From contig NZ_FUIC01000027.1 of NCBI RefSeq assembly GCF_900163695.1, positions 30,807-94,806 on the forward strand: a stretch of 64,000 nt of DNA, given 5' to 3'. Of this stretch, positions 47,597 through 56,339 are shown one piece after another (the stretch's first letter is position 1; each line of letters starts with the position of its first letter). Both the position numbers and the translations under genes were made by a program. Below the pieces are notes generated by a model. It did not search any database and was not told the DNA's origin. It was given only the letters and a program-made list of their open reading frames with translations. The stretch is from Gulosibacter sp. 10 (lineage in GTDB: Bacteria; Actinomycetota; Actinomycetes; Actinomycetales; Microbacteriaceae).

Positions 47597-48273
47597 TGAC
47601 GACCGAATCCAGCGCCGAGCCGAATCGGCTGCCGCCGATAGCCCCCATCACGACCGCCATCGGCCCCGCGGGCCCCCGCGCCCAGGAGGGCCCGCTGCTC
47701 CTGCTGCTGCACGGATTCGGGTCGAACGAGCGCGATCTGCCGGGGATCGTCTCCCGGCTCGGGGACGGGTGGGACTGGTGCTCGGTGCGCGCGCCATACC
47801 CCGTCCCGACGATGGGCGGTTCCGCGTGGTTCCCGATCGGCCAGTACGCCGAGCTCGATCGCGGGGCCGTGGATGCGGCCGCGGCCGGGCTGGTGGAATT
47901 CGTGGACGAGCGGATCGAGCCGGGGCGGCCCGTCGTGCCGGTCGGCTTCTCGCAGGGCGGGCTCATGGCGCTCGAGCTGCTGCGCGCGCGGCCCGACCGG
48001 GTGCCGGCGGCCGCGGTGCTGTCGGGATTCGTGGACCCGGCGCCGCACGAGGGCGACGAGGGGCTCGCGGCCCGGGCGCGGCGGGTGTTCTTCGGCCGCG
48101 GCGACCGGGACGACTCCATGATCCCTCCCGAGGCGTTCCTCATCACGGAGTCATGGCTGCGGGAGCACTCCGAGGCGACGATCCGCGTGTATCCCGGGCT
48201 CGGCCACGCCGTCTCGGAGGAGGAGATCGGCGATCTCGCCGACTTCCTCGCCGGCGCCGTCGAGCGCGGCTGA
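47596..48273 (+). CDS. phospholipase/carboxylesterase-family alpha/beta hydrolase
   Basis: 225 aa. LLLHGFGSNERDL, nucleophile elbow GFSQGG, and C-terminal GDRD and H (GLGHAV) triad residues. Confidence 0.75.
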   Translation: MTTESSAEPNRLPPIAPITTAIGPAGPRAQEGPLLLLLHGFGSNERDLPGIVSRLGDGWDWCSVRAPYPVPTMGGSAWFPIGQYAELDRGAVDAAAAGLVEFVDERIEPGRPVVPVGFSQGGLMALELLRARPDRVPAAAVLSGFVDPAPHEGDEGLAARARRVFFGRGDRDDSMIPPEAFLITESWLREHSEATIRVYPGLGHAVSEEEIGDLADFLAGAVERG

Positions 48274-48313
48274 CCGGTCGACCGACCCGCTCCGGGCCGG
48301 CGCACCGACCGGG

Positions 48314-51300
48314 TCAGTCCGCCGGGCCGGAGGCGGGCTCCGCCACGATCTCGCTGGCGCCGTCGGGGCGCACGCGCACGTCGAGCTGCGCCGGGATGCG
48401 CTCGTGCATCGAGCGCACATGGCTGATCACGCCGATCGTCCTGCCGCCCTGCCGCAGATCGTCGAGGGTCCGCATCGCCAGCTCGAGGGTGTCGCCGTCG
48501 AGCGATCCGAAGCCCTCGTCGATGAACATGGTGTCGAGGGCGATGCCGCCGGCCTGGGCGGAGACGACGTCGGCGAGCCCGAGCGCGAGCGCGAGGGACA
48601 CGAGGAAGGTCTCGCCGCCCGAGAGCGAGGCGGGGGTCCGCGACCTGCCGTTGTAGACGTCGAAGATCCGCAGCCCGAGCCCGGACTGCCGCTGCCTGCC
48701 GGCGAGGCCGTCGTCGAGCTCGAGCTCGTAGCGGCCGGCGGTGATGCCCCCGAGGCGGGCATTCGCCGCGGCGATGATCTCCTCGAAGTGGCCGGCGAGC
48801 ACGAACGCCTCGAGGTTGATCCGGCGCTCGTTCTGCCCGGAGAGGTCCGACGCGAGCTGCCGCTCGGCCTCGGCGCGTTCGCCGAGCTCATCGAGCCGGC
48901 GCATCGCGGCGCGCGCCCGCTCGGCCTCGTCGGCCGCGGTACGGTGCAGGCGTTCCGCGGCCCCGATACGGGTCGCCGCCGCGTTGAGCGCGTCCGCAGC
49001 CGTGCGCTCCGCGGTGCGGAGCGGCTCGAGGTCGACCCGGGCCTCGGGCAGGCCGTCGAGGTCCGGCTCCGCGAGGGCGCGGAGCGCCGTGCGCAGCGCG
49101 GTGCGATGGGCGTCGAGCTCCTCGGCGAGCGCCCGCCTCGTCGAATCCTCGAGATGCGCCGCGCGCACGGCCCCGGCATCCTCGAACCCGCTCTCGGCGA
49201 GCGCGGCGACGAGCGTCTCGCGGGCGGCGTCGGCCTCCTCGCCGGCCGACTCGGCGGCGCGCTCGGCCCGGTTCCGGGCGCGCACGGCCTCGAGCAGCGC
49301 CTCCGTCCGCCGCAGTCGGTCCCGTACCGTGTCGAATGCTCCCCGGAGGGCGCGCTGCTCGGCGCGCAGCTGCTCGAGCGCGCCCGCCGCGCGGGTCGCC
49401 GCGGCGCGATGCTCCTGGAGTCGCCGGTCGAGCGCCCGGCCGGCCCTCGCGTCCTCGGCGTCGGCGGCGTCGAGCGCCTCGATCTCGGCCGCGAGGGCCG
49501 CGGCCCGCTCATCCGCGTCTCGTGCGCGCCCCACCTCGGCGAGCGCCGCCTCGACCCGCGCCGCCGCTGCCGCGATATCGAGTCCGCCGGTCTCGGCGGC
49601 CCTCGCGGCGTGCTCCTTGCTCGCCGTCTCGGCGCGTTCGCGGGCCTGCGCGAGCTCCGCATCCGCCTTCGCCGCGGCGTGTTCGGCGGCGTCGATCTCG
49701 GCGTCGGAGACCGGCTCGATCGACGCGGCGGCTGGAGCGGGATGCTCGAGCGAGCCGCAGACGGGGCAGGGGCCGCCCGGCCGCAGATCCGCGGCGAGGT
49801 GCGGGGCCGCCCCTCGCCAGCGGCGGTCGTAGCGCTCGCGCACCGCCCGCTCCGCCTCGTCGGCGTCGGCCTCCGCCCGCCGCACCGCGGCGAGGGCGGA
49901 GCCGAGACGCTCCTCGAGCTCCGGCAGCGCCCGCGCGGCGGCCTCCTGGTTCCGAAGGCGCTCGAGCGTCTCGTCGGCGCGCTCGAGACTCTGGGCGCTC
50001 GCGCGCGCCTCGGCCCGACGCTCCGCGAGGCGCTCCCGCGCCTCCGGCCGCTCGGCGCGCCGAAGCTCGAGCTCGGCCGCGCGCGCCTCGAGCTCGCGTA
50101 CCGTCTTCTCGAGCTCGCGGCAGCGCTCTGCCTCGGACTCGATGCGGTCGTCCAGGTCGGCGCCGTCCGAGAGCGACCCGAAGAGCTCGGTGAGCACCCG
50201 CTCCGCGGCCTCGCGAGCGGCGGCGGCCTCGTCGGGAGCCCGGCTCTCCGCGCCTGCCGGAGGCGCTCCGGCGTCACGATCGGAGGGTTCCCCGACGCGC
50301 AGGCCGTCGTGCGGCAGGGCGCGGCCGGCCGCCGCCTCGATATGGCACTCCTCGAGGAGATGCGCCCGTGCCTCCTCGAGCCGTTCGAGGGCGGCCGAAC
50401 GCACCGCACGGCGGCGCTCATCCGCGGCCACGGCGGCGAGCAGCGGACGGGCGCGCTCGTCCGCGGCGAGCCGGTCGGCGACCTCGCTGTCGATGCGCTC
50501 CCGATCCGCCTCGCGCTCGGCGCGCTCGGCGCGGGCCGCGTCGCGACGGCGCTGCAGGTCGAGGGTGCGCTCGCCGAGCCGGCGCCGCTCGGATGCGCGC
50601 TCGAGCGAGCTCCTGCACCGCGCCTCTCGGGAGCGGCAGTCGGCGAGGTGCGCTTCGCCGCGCTCCAGCAGATGCCCGAGCCATTCGGCGTCGAGAGGCG
50701 GATCGTCCGCGGCGGAGCCGGGCGCCGTGCCGCGAGGCTCCGCGTCATCGGGAGCCGTGCCGACGGATTCCCTGCCGACGGATTCCCTGCCGACGGACTC
50801 GGTGCCGACGGACTCGGTGCCGAGGCGCCTCGCAACGTCGGATGCGGCGCCGGTCTCGTCCCCGGCGGCGGCATCCCCGGCGCCGTCGATCTCCCGCTCC
50901 GCGGCGTCGAGATCGGCCTCGACGCCGCGGAGGCGCACCGCCACGTCCTCGAGCCGCCTGCGCTCGGCCGTGAGCTCCGCGCCCGAGGTCTTCGCGCGTT
51001 CGACGACGAGCCCCGCGATCCGCTCGTACCGCCGGGTCCGGAAGAGCGTGCGCAGCAGCCGCTGCCGATTCGCGGAATCGGCGCGGAGGAACTCCTGGAA
51101 CTTGTTCTGCGCGAGCATGACGACCTGCAGGAACTCGCCCGCCGTGAGGGGGAAGATGCCCGCGAGGAGTTCCGCGACGTCGCGCGCCCTCGTCGCCAGC
51201 GCCACCCAGGTCGCCCCCTCGAGCCGTTCGAGCCGCTGGGCCGACGGGCGCACGGTCGTGCCGGTGCCGCGCGCCTTGGCGGCCTCGTACTCGGGCGCCC

Positions 51301-51580
51301 GGGTCACCCGATGGCGCGCGCCGCCGTGCTCGAACTCGAGCATCACCGAGGTGGGCTCCTCGAGGGAGCAGAACGTGCTGCGCACCTCCTTCGACGCCCC
51401 CTCGTAGCGGGGCGTGCTGCCGTAGAGCGCGTAGACGATCGCGTCGAGCACGCTGGACTTGCCGGCCCCGGTCCTGCCCCGGATGAGGAAGAGCCCCTCC
51501 TCGTCGAAGCGCGCGAAGTCGATGCGCTGCGGGTCGCGGAACGGCCCGAAGCCCCGGAGCTCGAGGGCGAGGAGCCTCAT
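48314..51580 (-). CDS. sbcC: exonuclease SbcCD subunit C (SMC-like ATPase)
   Basis: 1088 aa. N-terminal Walker A GRTGAGKSS, long coiled-coil with a central CPVCGS zinc hook, C-terminal signature LSGGETF and Walker B. Confidence 0.9.
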   Translation of the reverse strand: MRLLALELRGFGPFRDPQRIDFARFDEEGLFLIRGRTGAGKSSVLDAIVYALYGSTPRYEGASKEVRSTFCSLEEPTSVMLEFEHGGARHRVTRAPEYEAAKARGTGTTVRPSAQRLERLEGATWVALATRARDVAELLAGIFPLTAGEFLQVVMLAQNKFQEFLRADSANRQRLLRTLFRTRRYERIAGLVVERAKTSGAELTAERRRLEDVAVRLRGVEADLDAAEREIDGAGDAAAGDETGAASDVARRLGTESVGTESVGRESVGRESVGTAPDDAEPRGTAPGSAADDPPLDAEWLGHLLERGEAHLADCRSREARCRSSLERASERRRLGERTLDLQRRRDAARAERAEREADRERIDSEVADRLAADERARPLLAAVAADERRRAVRSAALERLEEARAHLLEECHIEAAAGRALPHDGLRVGEPSDRDAGAPPAGAESRAPDEAAAAREAAERVLTELFGSLSDGADLDDRIESEAERCRELEKTVRELEARAAELELRRAERPEARERLAERRAEARASAQSLERADETLERLRNQEAAARALPELEERLGSALAAVRRAEADADEAERAVRERYDRRWRGAAPHLAADLRPGGPCPVCGSLEHPAPAAASIEPVSDAEIDAAEHAAAKADAELAQARERAETASKEHAARAAETGGLDIAAAAARVEAALAEVGRARDADERAAALAAEIEALDAADAEDARAGRALDRRLQEHRAAATRAAGALEQLRAEQRALRGAFDTVRDRLRRTEALLEAVRARNRAERAAESAGEEADAARETLVAALAESGFEDAGAVRAAHLEDSTRRALAEELDAHRTALRTALRALAEPDLDGLPEARVDLEPLRTAERTAADALNAAATRIGAAERLHRTAADEAERARAAMRRLDELGERAEAERQLASDLSGQNERRINLEAFVLAGHFEEIIAAANARLGGITAGRYELELDDGLAGRQRQSGLGLRIFDVYNGRSRTPASLSGGETFLVSLALALGLADVVSAQAGGIALDTMFIDEGFGSLDGDTLELAMRTLDDLRQGGRTIGVISHVRSMHERIPAQLDVRVRPDGASEIVAEPASGPAD
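50758..50824. repeat. four tandem 15-bp repeats (TGCCGACGGAYTCSS) inside sbcC, encoding an (ESVGx)n peptide repeat
   Basis: Seen directly at 50758-50819. The unit is 5 codons, so copy-number change stays in frame. Confidence 0.5.
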
Positions 51581-52746
51581 CGCGATGCCTCCTGCGCGGC
51601 GTACTCGTCGAGCGCCTCCTCGAGGATGCGCCGCTCGGCCTCCGTCGGGCCCTGCCCGTTGCGGGTGTGCTCCAGGAAGCGCTCGATGCGCTCCGCGTCG
51701 GTCGGGGCCTTCGCGAGCGTCGCCGCGTAGCCGCCGTGCTCCCGCCCGCGTCGCTCGGCGGGGGCGTGCTCGACGTGCACGGCCCGGGGGAACCGCGTGC
51801 GCAGCCGGGACATCGCGTCCACGGGGCGGCGCTCATCGGTGAGGGTCGCGGCGACCCAGTGCTCGCGCACGGCCTCATAGTCGGGCGCCTCGAGCAGCGC
51901 CCGGAGCGAGTCGCGCAGGCGCACGAGGGGGCGCGGGACGGGCAGCGGCAGCCACTCGGCGCCGGCGAACCCGTGCGCGTCCAGCTCGACCAGCCAGGCG
52001 CCCCTGGGGGAGCCGGCCTCGGAGAACGAGTAGTGCAGCGGCGAGCCGGAGTAGCGGACGCGGTCGCGCAGCGTCGCGCGGCCGTGGATGTGCCCGAGCG
52101 CCACGTAGTCGAAGCCGTCGAAGACCTCGACGGGCACGACGTCGAGGCCGCCGGCGGTGAGGTCGCGCTCGATGTCCTGGGCGTCCGCGGAAGCAGGCAC
52201 GCCCGCGGCGAAGCAGTGGGCGATCAGCAGGGAGCGGGGCGAGCCGGAGGCGTCCAGATCGGCGCGCGCGAGGTCGGCGGCCCAGCGCATCGCCGCCTCC
52301 TGCGTCCGGCTCGCCGGCGCGCCCTCGACGTGGCGGATGAGGGCCGGCTCGAGATAGGGCACGCCGTAGACGCGCACGGGGCCGTGCTCGTCCCGGAGCT
52401 CGATCGCTCCGAAGGCCGACTCGGGATCGGCGATCACGTGGATCCCGGAGGCGCGCGCCCAGCGGGACTGGAAGCGCAGCCGCGAGGCGGAGTCGTGGTT
52501 GCCGCTCGTGAGCACCACCCGGGCGCCGGTCTCGTGCAGCGCGACGAGGATGTCGGTGAGGAAGTCGAAGGCCGCGGCCGAGGGCATCGTCGAGTCGAAG
52601 ACGTCGCCCGCGACCACCACGGCGTCGACCTCGTGCTCGCGCGCCGCCGCGACGAGCGCGAGGAGGGCCTCGCGCAGCTGCGCGGAGACGTCCTCGCCGA
52701 AGAACGTCCGGCCGATATGCCAATCGGAGGTGTGGAGAATCCTCAT
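51577..52746 (-). CDS. sbcD: exonuclease SbcCD subunit D (Mre11-like phosphoesterase)
   Basis: 389 aa. Metallophosphatase motifs (HTSDWHIG, GDVFD, GNHD, HGH). 4-nt overlap with sbcC. Confidence 0.9.
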   Translation of the reverse strand: MRILHTSDWHIGRTFFGEDVSAQLREALLALVAAAREHEVDAVVVAGDVFDSTMPSAAAFDFLTDILVALHETGARVVLTSGNHDSASRLRFQSRWARASGIHVIADPESAFGAIELRDEHGPVRVYGVPYLEPALIRHVEGAPASRTQEAAMRWAADLARADLDASGSPRSLLIAHCFAAGVPASADAQDIERDLTAGGLDVVPVEVFDGFDYVALGHIHGRATLRDRVRYSGSPLHYSFSEAGSPRGAWLVELDAHGFAGAEWLPLPVPRPLVRLRDSLRALLEAPDYEAVREHWVAATLTDERRPVDAMSRLRTRFPRAVHVEHAPAERRGREHGGYAATLAKAPTDAERIERFLEHTRNGQGPTEAERRILEEALDEYAAQEASR

Positions 52747-52755
52747 GCGCGCAGG

Positions 52756-53241
52756 CTAGCGCGAGCCCGCGACATCGGGCTCGGGCAGCACCCGCCGGGC
52801 CTGCGCGACGACGAACCAGACGAGCAGGACGGCGATCACGACGTCCGCGGCGATGTAGAAGTAGTGCACCGTCGAGCCGCCGTCGTCGAGGCCGGCGAGC
52901 ACCGCGTCGGTGTGCCCCGCCAGCAGCGGCCGGATGACGAGGAGCTTGACGAGCAGGACCGCGGCGAGCGCCCCGAAGAGCGTCCAGCTGCGGCGGTCCG
53001 CGCGGGAGCGCCGCAGCGCCGCGGCGAGCAGCGCGGCGGTGACGAGCTCGGCGATGTTCATGGCGAGGAAGACGAGGCGACCGATGCCGAGCCCGAGCGG
53101 GATCGTGATGCCGGGGGCCTGGAACTTGAGCGGCGCCTCGATGACGTCGATCGCGATGATCATGCCGATCCAGATCGCCGGCAGGACGAGGCGGAGCGCG
53201 AGGGAGGCACGGACTGACACGAGGCCGATCCTACTCCCCAA
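52756..53241 (-). CDS. hypothetical membrane protein
   Basis: 161 aa with four predicted hydrophobic helices. No recognisable family. Start uncertain. Confidence 0.45.
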   Translation of the reverse strand: MGSRIGLVSVRASLALRLVLPAIWIGMIIAIDVIEAPLKFQAPGITIPLGLGIGRLVFLAMNIAELVTAALLAAALRRSRADRRSWTLFGALAAVLLVKLLVIRPLLAGHTDAVLAGLDDGGSTVHYFYIAADVVIAVLLVWFVVAQARRVLPEPDVAGSR

Positions 53242-53244
53242 GGC

Positions 53245-53994
53245 TCAGCCGCCCGGGGCGGTCACGAAGTCGATGAGCTCCTCGACGCGGCCGATCATCG
53301 CCGGCTCGAGGTCGCGCCAGTCGCGCACCCGCCCGAGGATCCGCTGCCACGCGCGCGCGATGTCGGCCTGATCCTCGTGGGGGAGGCCCAGCGCCGCGCA
53401 GATGCCGTGCTTCCAGGACTGCCCCTTGGGGATCACCGGCCAGGACTCCCGGCCGAGCCGCTGCGGGCGCACGGCCTGCCAGACGTCGACGTAGGGATGG
53501 CCGACCACGAGCACCGCGTCGGCGCCGAAGCGCTCGGCGATCGCGTCCGCGATGCGCGACTCCTTGGAGCCCCGCACGAGGTGGTCCAGCAGGACGCCGA
53601 CCCGTCGCGCGGGGGCGGGGCCGAACTCTGCGAGCACCTCGTCGAGGCGGTCGGCGCCCTCGAGGTACTCGACCACGACGCCCTCGACGCGGAGATCGTG
53701 GCCCCAGACCTTCTCGACGAGCTCCGCGTCGTGCCGTCCCTCGACGAAGATCCGTCCCGACCGCGCGACCCGCGCCGTCGCGTCCTCGACGAGGAAGGAG
53801 CCGGAGGTGCTGCGGGCGCGGGCCTTCGGCTCGGGCGCGCGGAAGACGAGCCGGACGGCGCCCTCGTCGTCGAAGAAGGTGCTGTGCCGGGGGAACGAGC
53901 GCCGGGCGCCGTCGGCATCCTGCAGCGTGACGGTCTCGCGCGTCGCGGAGACGAGCCGGCCGTAGAACTCGGTCACCGGGTCCTCCAGCCACAT
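53245..53994 (-). CDS. DUF3097-family conserved actinobacterial protein
   Basis: 249-aa C-terminal portion of the 446-aa track ORF, starting at MWLEDPVTEFYG. The upstream part of that ORF is antisense junk over the garA gene. Confidence 0.65.
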   Translation of the reverse strand: MWLEDPVTEFYGRLVSATRETVTLQDADGARRSFPRHSTFFDDEGAVRLVFRAPEPKARARSTSGSFLVEDATARVARSGRIFVEGRHDAELVEKVWGHDLRVEGVVVEYLEGADRLDEVLAEFGPAPARRVGVLLDHLVRGSKESRIADAIAERFGADAVLVVGHPYVDVWQAVRPQRLGRESWPVIPKGQSWKHGICAALGLPHEDQADIARAWQRILGRVRDWRDLEPAMIGRVEELIDFVTAPGG

Positions 53995-54214
53995 GCCGCG
54001 CCGGGCGGTCGCCTCCCGCGGCGGCCGCGGCTTCCGGCCCTCGCGGAACGCGATCAGGGGATCGCCGTCGTATCGCTCATCGAAGTCCACGCCGTGCAGT
54101 GTAGCCGTCGACCCGGCTGAGCGATGTCCCAGGTACTCCGGGGAAGATTGGGGGAGTTTTCGCACCAGTGCCCATGCGGTAGGCTGGAGCATCTTGACCA
54201 AGCAGGAGGAATTC

Positions 54215-54715
54215 ATGGCGCAGTTCGACGAACGAGACTCCGAGCAGAGCTCCACCGCCGGCGCCAACCCGGAGGGCGACACCTCGTCGACGATGTCGTT
54301 CACCGGGGACTTCAGCGCGCAGCTTGCCGCGCTCATCGCCGGCGGCGTCTCCAAAGAAGAGATGGACTCGATCGGCGCGCTGCCGTCCGGGTCGGCCCTG
54401 CTCATCGTTCGCCGCGGCAACAATGTCGGCGCGCGCTTCCTGCTCGACACCGACCTGCAGATCGCGGGCCGCCACCCGAACGCCGAGATCTTCCTCGACG
54501 ACGTGACGGTCTCGCGGCGCCACGCGGAGTTCACCCGCCAGGGGCGGCACTTCCAGGTGCGCGACCTCGGCTCGCTCAACGGCACCTACTACAACGGCGA
54601 GCGCATCGATCAGGTGCAGCTGGCGAACGGCGGCGAGGTGCAGATCGGCAAGTACCGGCTGACCTTCTACGCGTCGCCGCTCGACGCGAACGCCGCCCCG
54701 ATGGCCGCCGAGTAG
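54215..54715 (+). CDS. garA: FHA-domain regulator GarA/OdhI
   Basis: 166 aa, with an AGGAGG RBS 6 nt upstream. Close full-length similarity to M. tuberculosis GarA (SALLIVRRGNNVGARFLLD...IFLDDVTVSRRHAEF...GSLNGTYYNGERID...VQIGKYRLTFY). N-terminal phospho-acceptor region DTSSTMSF. Confidence 0.85.
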   Translation: MAQFDERDSEQSSTAGANPEGDTSSTMSFTGDFSAQLAALIAGGVSKEEMDSIGALPSGSALLIVRRGNNVGARFLLDTDLQIAGRHPNAEIFLDDVTVSRRHAEFTRQGRHFQVRDLGSLNGTYYNGERIDQVQLANGGEVQIGKYRLTFYASPLDANAAPMAAE

Positions 54716-54720
54716 CCCGC

Positions 54721-55440
54721 ATGGGGTTGAGTTCCGCAGCGTCCCGCAACTCCGGGGCGCTTCCCAAGCTATCGATCGGGCAGGTGCTCCAGCGCCTCGG
54801 CGGCGAGCATCCCGAGCTGACGCCCTCGAAGATCCGCTTCCTCGAGGAGCAGGGGCTCGTGCACCCCGCTCGCACCTCCTCGGGCTATCGCAAGTTCTCG
54901 GACGACGATGTCGAACGCATCCGCACGATCCTCTCCCTGCAGCGCGACTACTACCTGCCGCTCAAGGTCATCGGCGAGCACCTCGAGGCGCTCGACCGCG
55001 GCGAGCGCCCGGAGCTGCCCGCGCTGGCATCGGCGCGCCCGCAGCACTCCTCCGGCAGCATCCTCGAGGACGCCGCCGAGCTGACGCGGGAGGAGCTGCT
55101 GCGCCGCTCCGGCGCGTCGAAGGAGCTGCTCGAGCAGTCGCAGGGCGCCGGGCTGATCCCGCGCGCGGGGCGCTTCCACGAGGACGACCTGCTCGTGCTG
55201 TCCGCCCTCATGGAGCTCGAGTCGAGCGGCATCGGGCCGCGCCATCTGCGCCCCTTCCGCACCGCCGCGCAGCACGAGGTCGGGCTCGTCGAGCAGGCGC
55301 TCGGGACCCTCAGCCGCAAGCCGGAGTCGACGCATCGCGCGCGCACGGAGGCGAAGGCCGAGGAGCTCACCGCGGCGCTCGAACGGGTCCGCCGGGGGCT
55401 CGTGCGCCAGTCGCTGCGGGATCGTCATCAGCACCGATGA
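54721..55440 (+). CDS. MerR-family transcriptional regulator (FtsR/Rv1828-like)
   Basis: Starts 5 nt after the garA stop. MerR HTH (LSIGQVLQRLGGEHPELTPSKIRFLEEQGLVHPART). Same gene order as garA-Rv1828 in mycobacteria. Confidence 0.8.
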   Translation: MGLSSAASRNSGALPKLSIGQVLQRLGGEHPELTPSKIRFLEEQGLVHPARTSSGYRKFSDDDVERIRTILSLQRDYYLPLKVIGEHLEALDRGERPELPALASARPQHSSGSILEDAAELTREELLRRSGASKELLEQSQGAGLIPRAGRFHEDDLLVLSALMELESSGIGPRHLRPFRTAAQHEVGLVEQALGTLSRKPESTHRARTEAKAEELTAALERVRRGLVRQSLRDRHQHR

Positions 55441-55688
55441 TCACGGTTTGGTCTCAACCTCAAGTTGAACCTGAACTTCACGGCGTGGCTCCCGAACCGG
55501 CCCTCGCGATCTGACACGATCACATCGTTGTTGTTTCGACACTCGAGGTCTGCGAAGGCCTCCCATAGACTGTGTGTGGCCTAGTGGTTCGCCGAAGTCC
55601 TCACGCGTCCGCAGGCGCGCCTCGCACGGGGTGTCGTTTCCTGCGGTTAGCGTGGGACGACTCCGCGTCAGGCAAGAAAGGTGACGTC

Positions 55689-56237
55689 ATGAGCGTTGAA
55701 GACGGTAGGGAAGCGAAGCGGGAGGTCCGTGAGGAGTTCCTCTTCACCGACGGGCTGCCCGACCTGGACCCCTCGATCGGCTACCGCGGCGCCGTCGCGG
55801 CCCGAGTGGCCGGGATCACCTACCGCCAACTCGACTACTGGGCGCGCACCGAGCTGGTGGGGCCGAGCATCCAGGACGCCAGCGGCTCGGGATCGAAGCG
55901 CCTCTACTCCTTCCGCGACGTGCTCGTGCTCAAGCTCGTGAAGCGCCTGCTCGAGACCGGCATCTCGCTGCAGCAGATCCGCATCGCCGTCGAGCAGCTG
56001 CACGATGCGGGCATCACCGACCTCGCCCAGACGACGCTGATGTCGGACGGTGCGAGCGTCTACCTCTGCACCTCCAACGACGAGGTGATCGACCTCGTCC
56101 AGCGGGGGCAGGGCGTGTTCGGCATCTTCGTCGGCCAGGTGCTCCGCGAGGTCGAGGGCAATCTCGTCGACATCGAGACGGATGCCGCCGACCCCATGGA
56201 CGAGCTCGCGGCCCGCAGGAAGAGCCGCGCCAGCTGA
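55689..56237 (+). CDS. MerR-family transcriptional regulator (Rv1830-like)
   Basis: Start at internal Met MSVEDG with an AAAGG RBS. MerR HTH (ITYRQLDYWARTELVGPS). Confidence 0.8.
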   Translation: MSVEDGREAKREVREEFLFTDGLPDLDPSIGYRGAVAARVAGITYRQLDYWARTELVGPSIQDASGSGSKRLYSFRDVLVLKLVKRLLETGISLQQIRIAVEQLHDAGITDLAQTTLMSDGASVYLCTSNDEVIDLVQRGQGVFGIFVGQVLREVEGNLVDIETDAADPMDELAARRKSRAS

Positions 56238-56339
56238 GGATGATCAACTTGTAGGCGTACTACAAGAACCAGGCTCGTAACTTGTCCCAAGTTCGGATAT
56301 ATTGAGTCCGAAATTGTGATTCGGCCAAAGGGGGCTTGG

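Noticed and set aside
43265-48305. 1444-aa +ORF and 1289-aa -ORF across hrpB, the flotillin and the esterase
   Set aside because: Run antisense to hrpB and the flotillin. Composition is poly-Arg/Gly/Asp with no domains.
48404-51878. 1108-aa +ORF, 815-aa and 377-aa -ORFs over sbcC
   Set aside because: Alternate/antisense frames of sbcC. SbcC motifs (Walker A, zinc hook CPVCGS, LSGGE) occur only in the called frame.
53231-53992. 253-aa minus ORF overlapping DUF3097
   Set aside because: Arg-rich alternate frame. The neighbouring frame gives a compositionally normal conserved DUF3097 protein.
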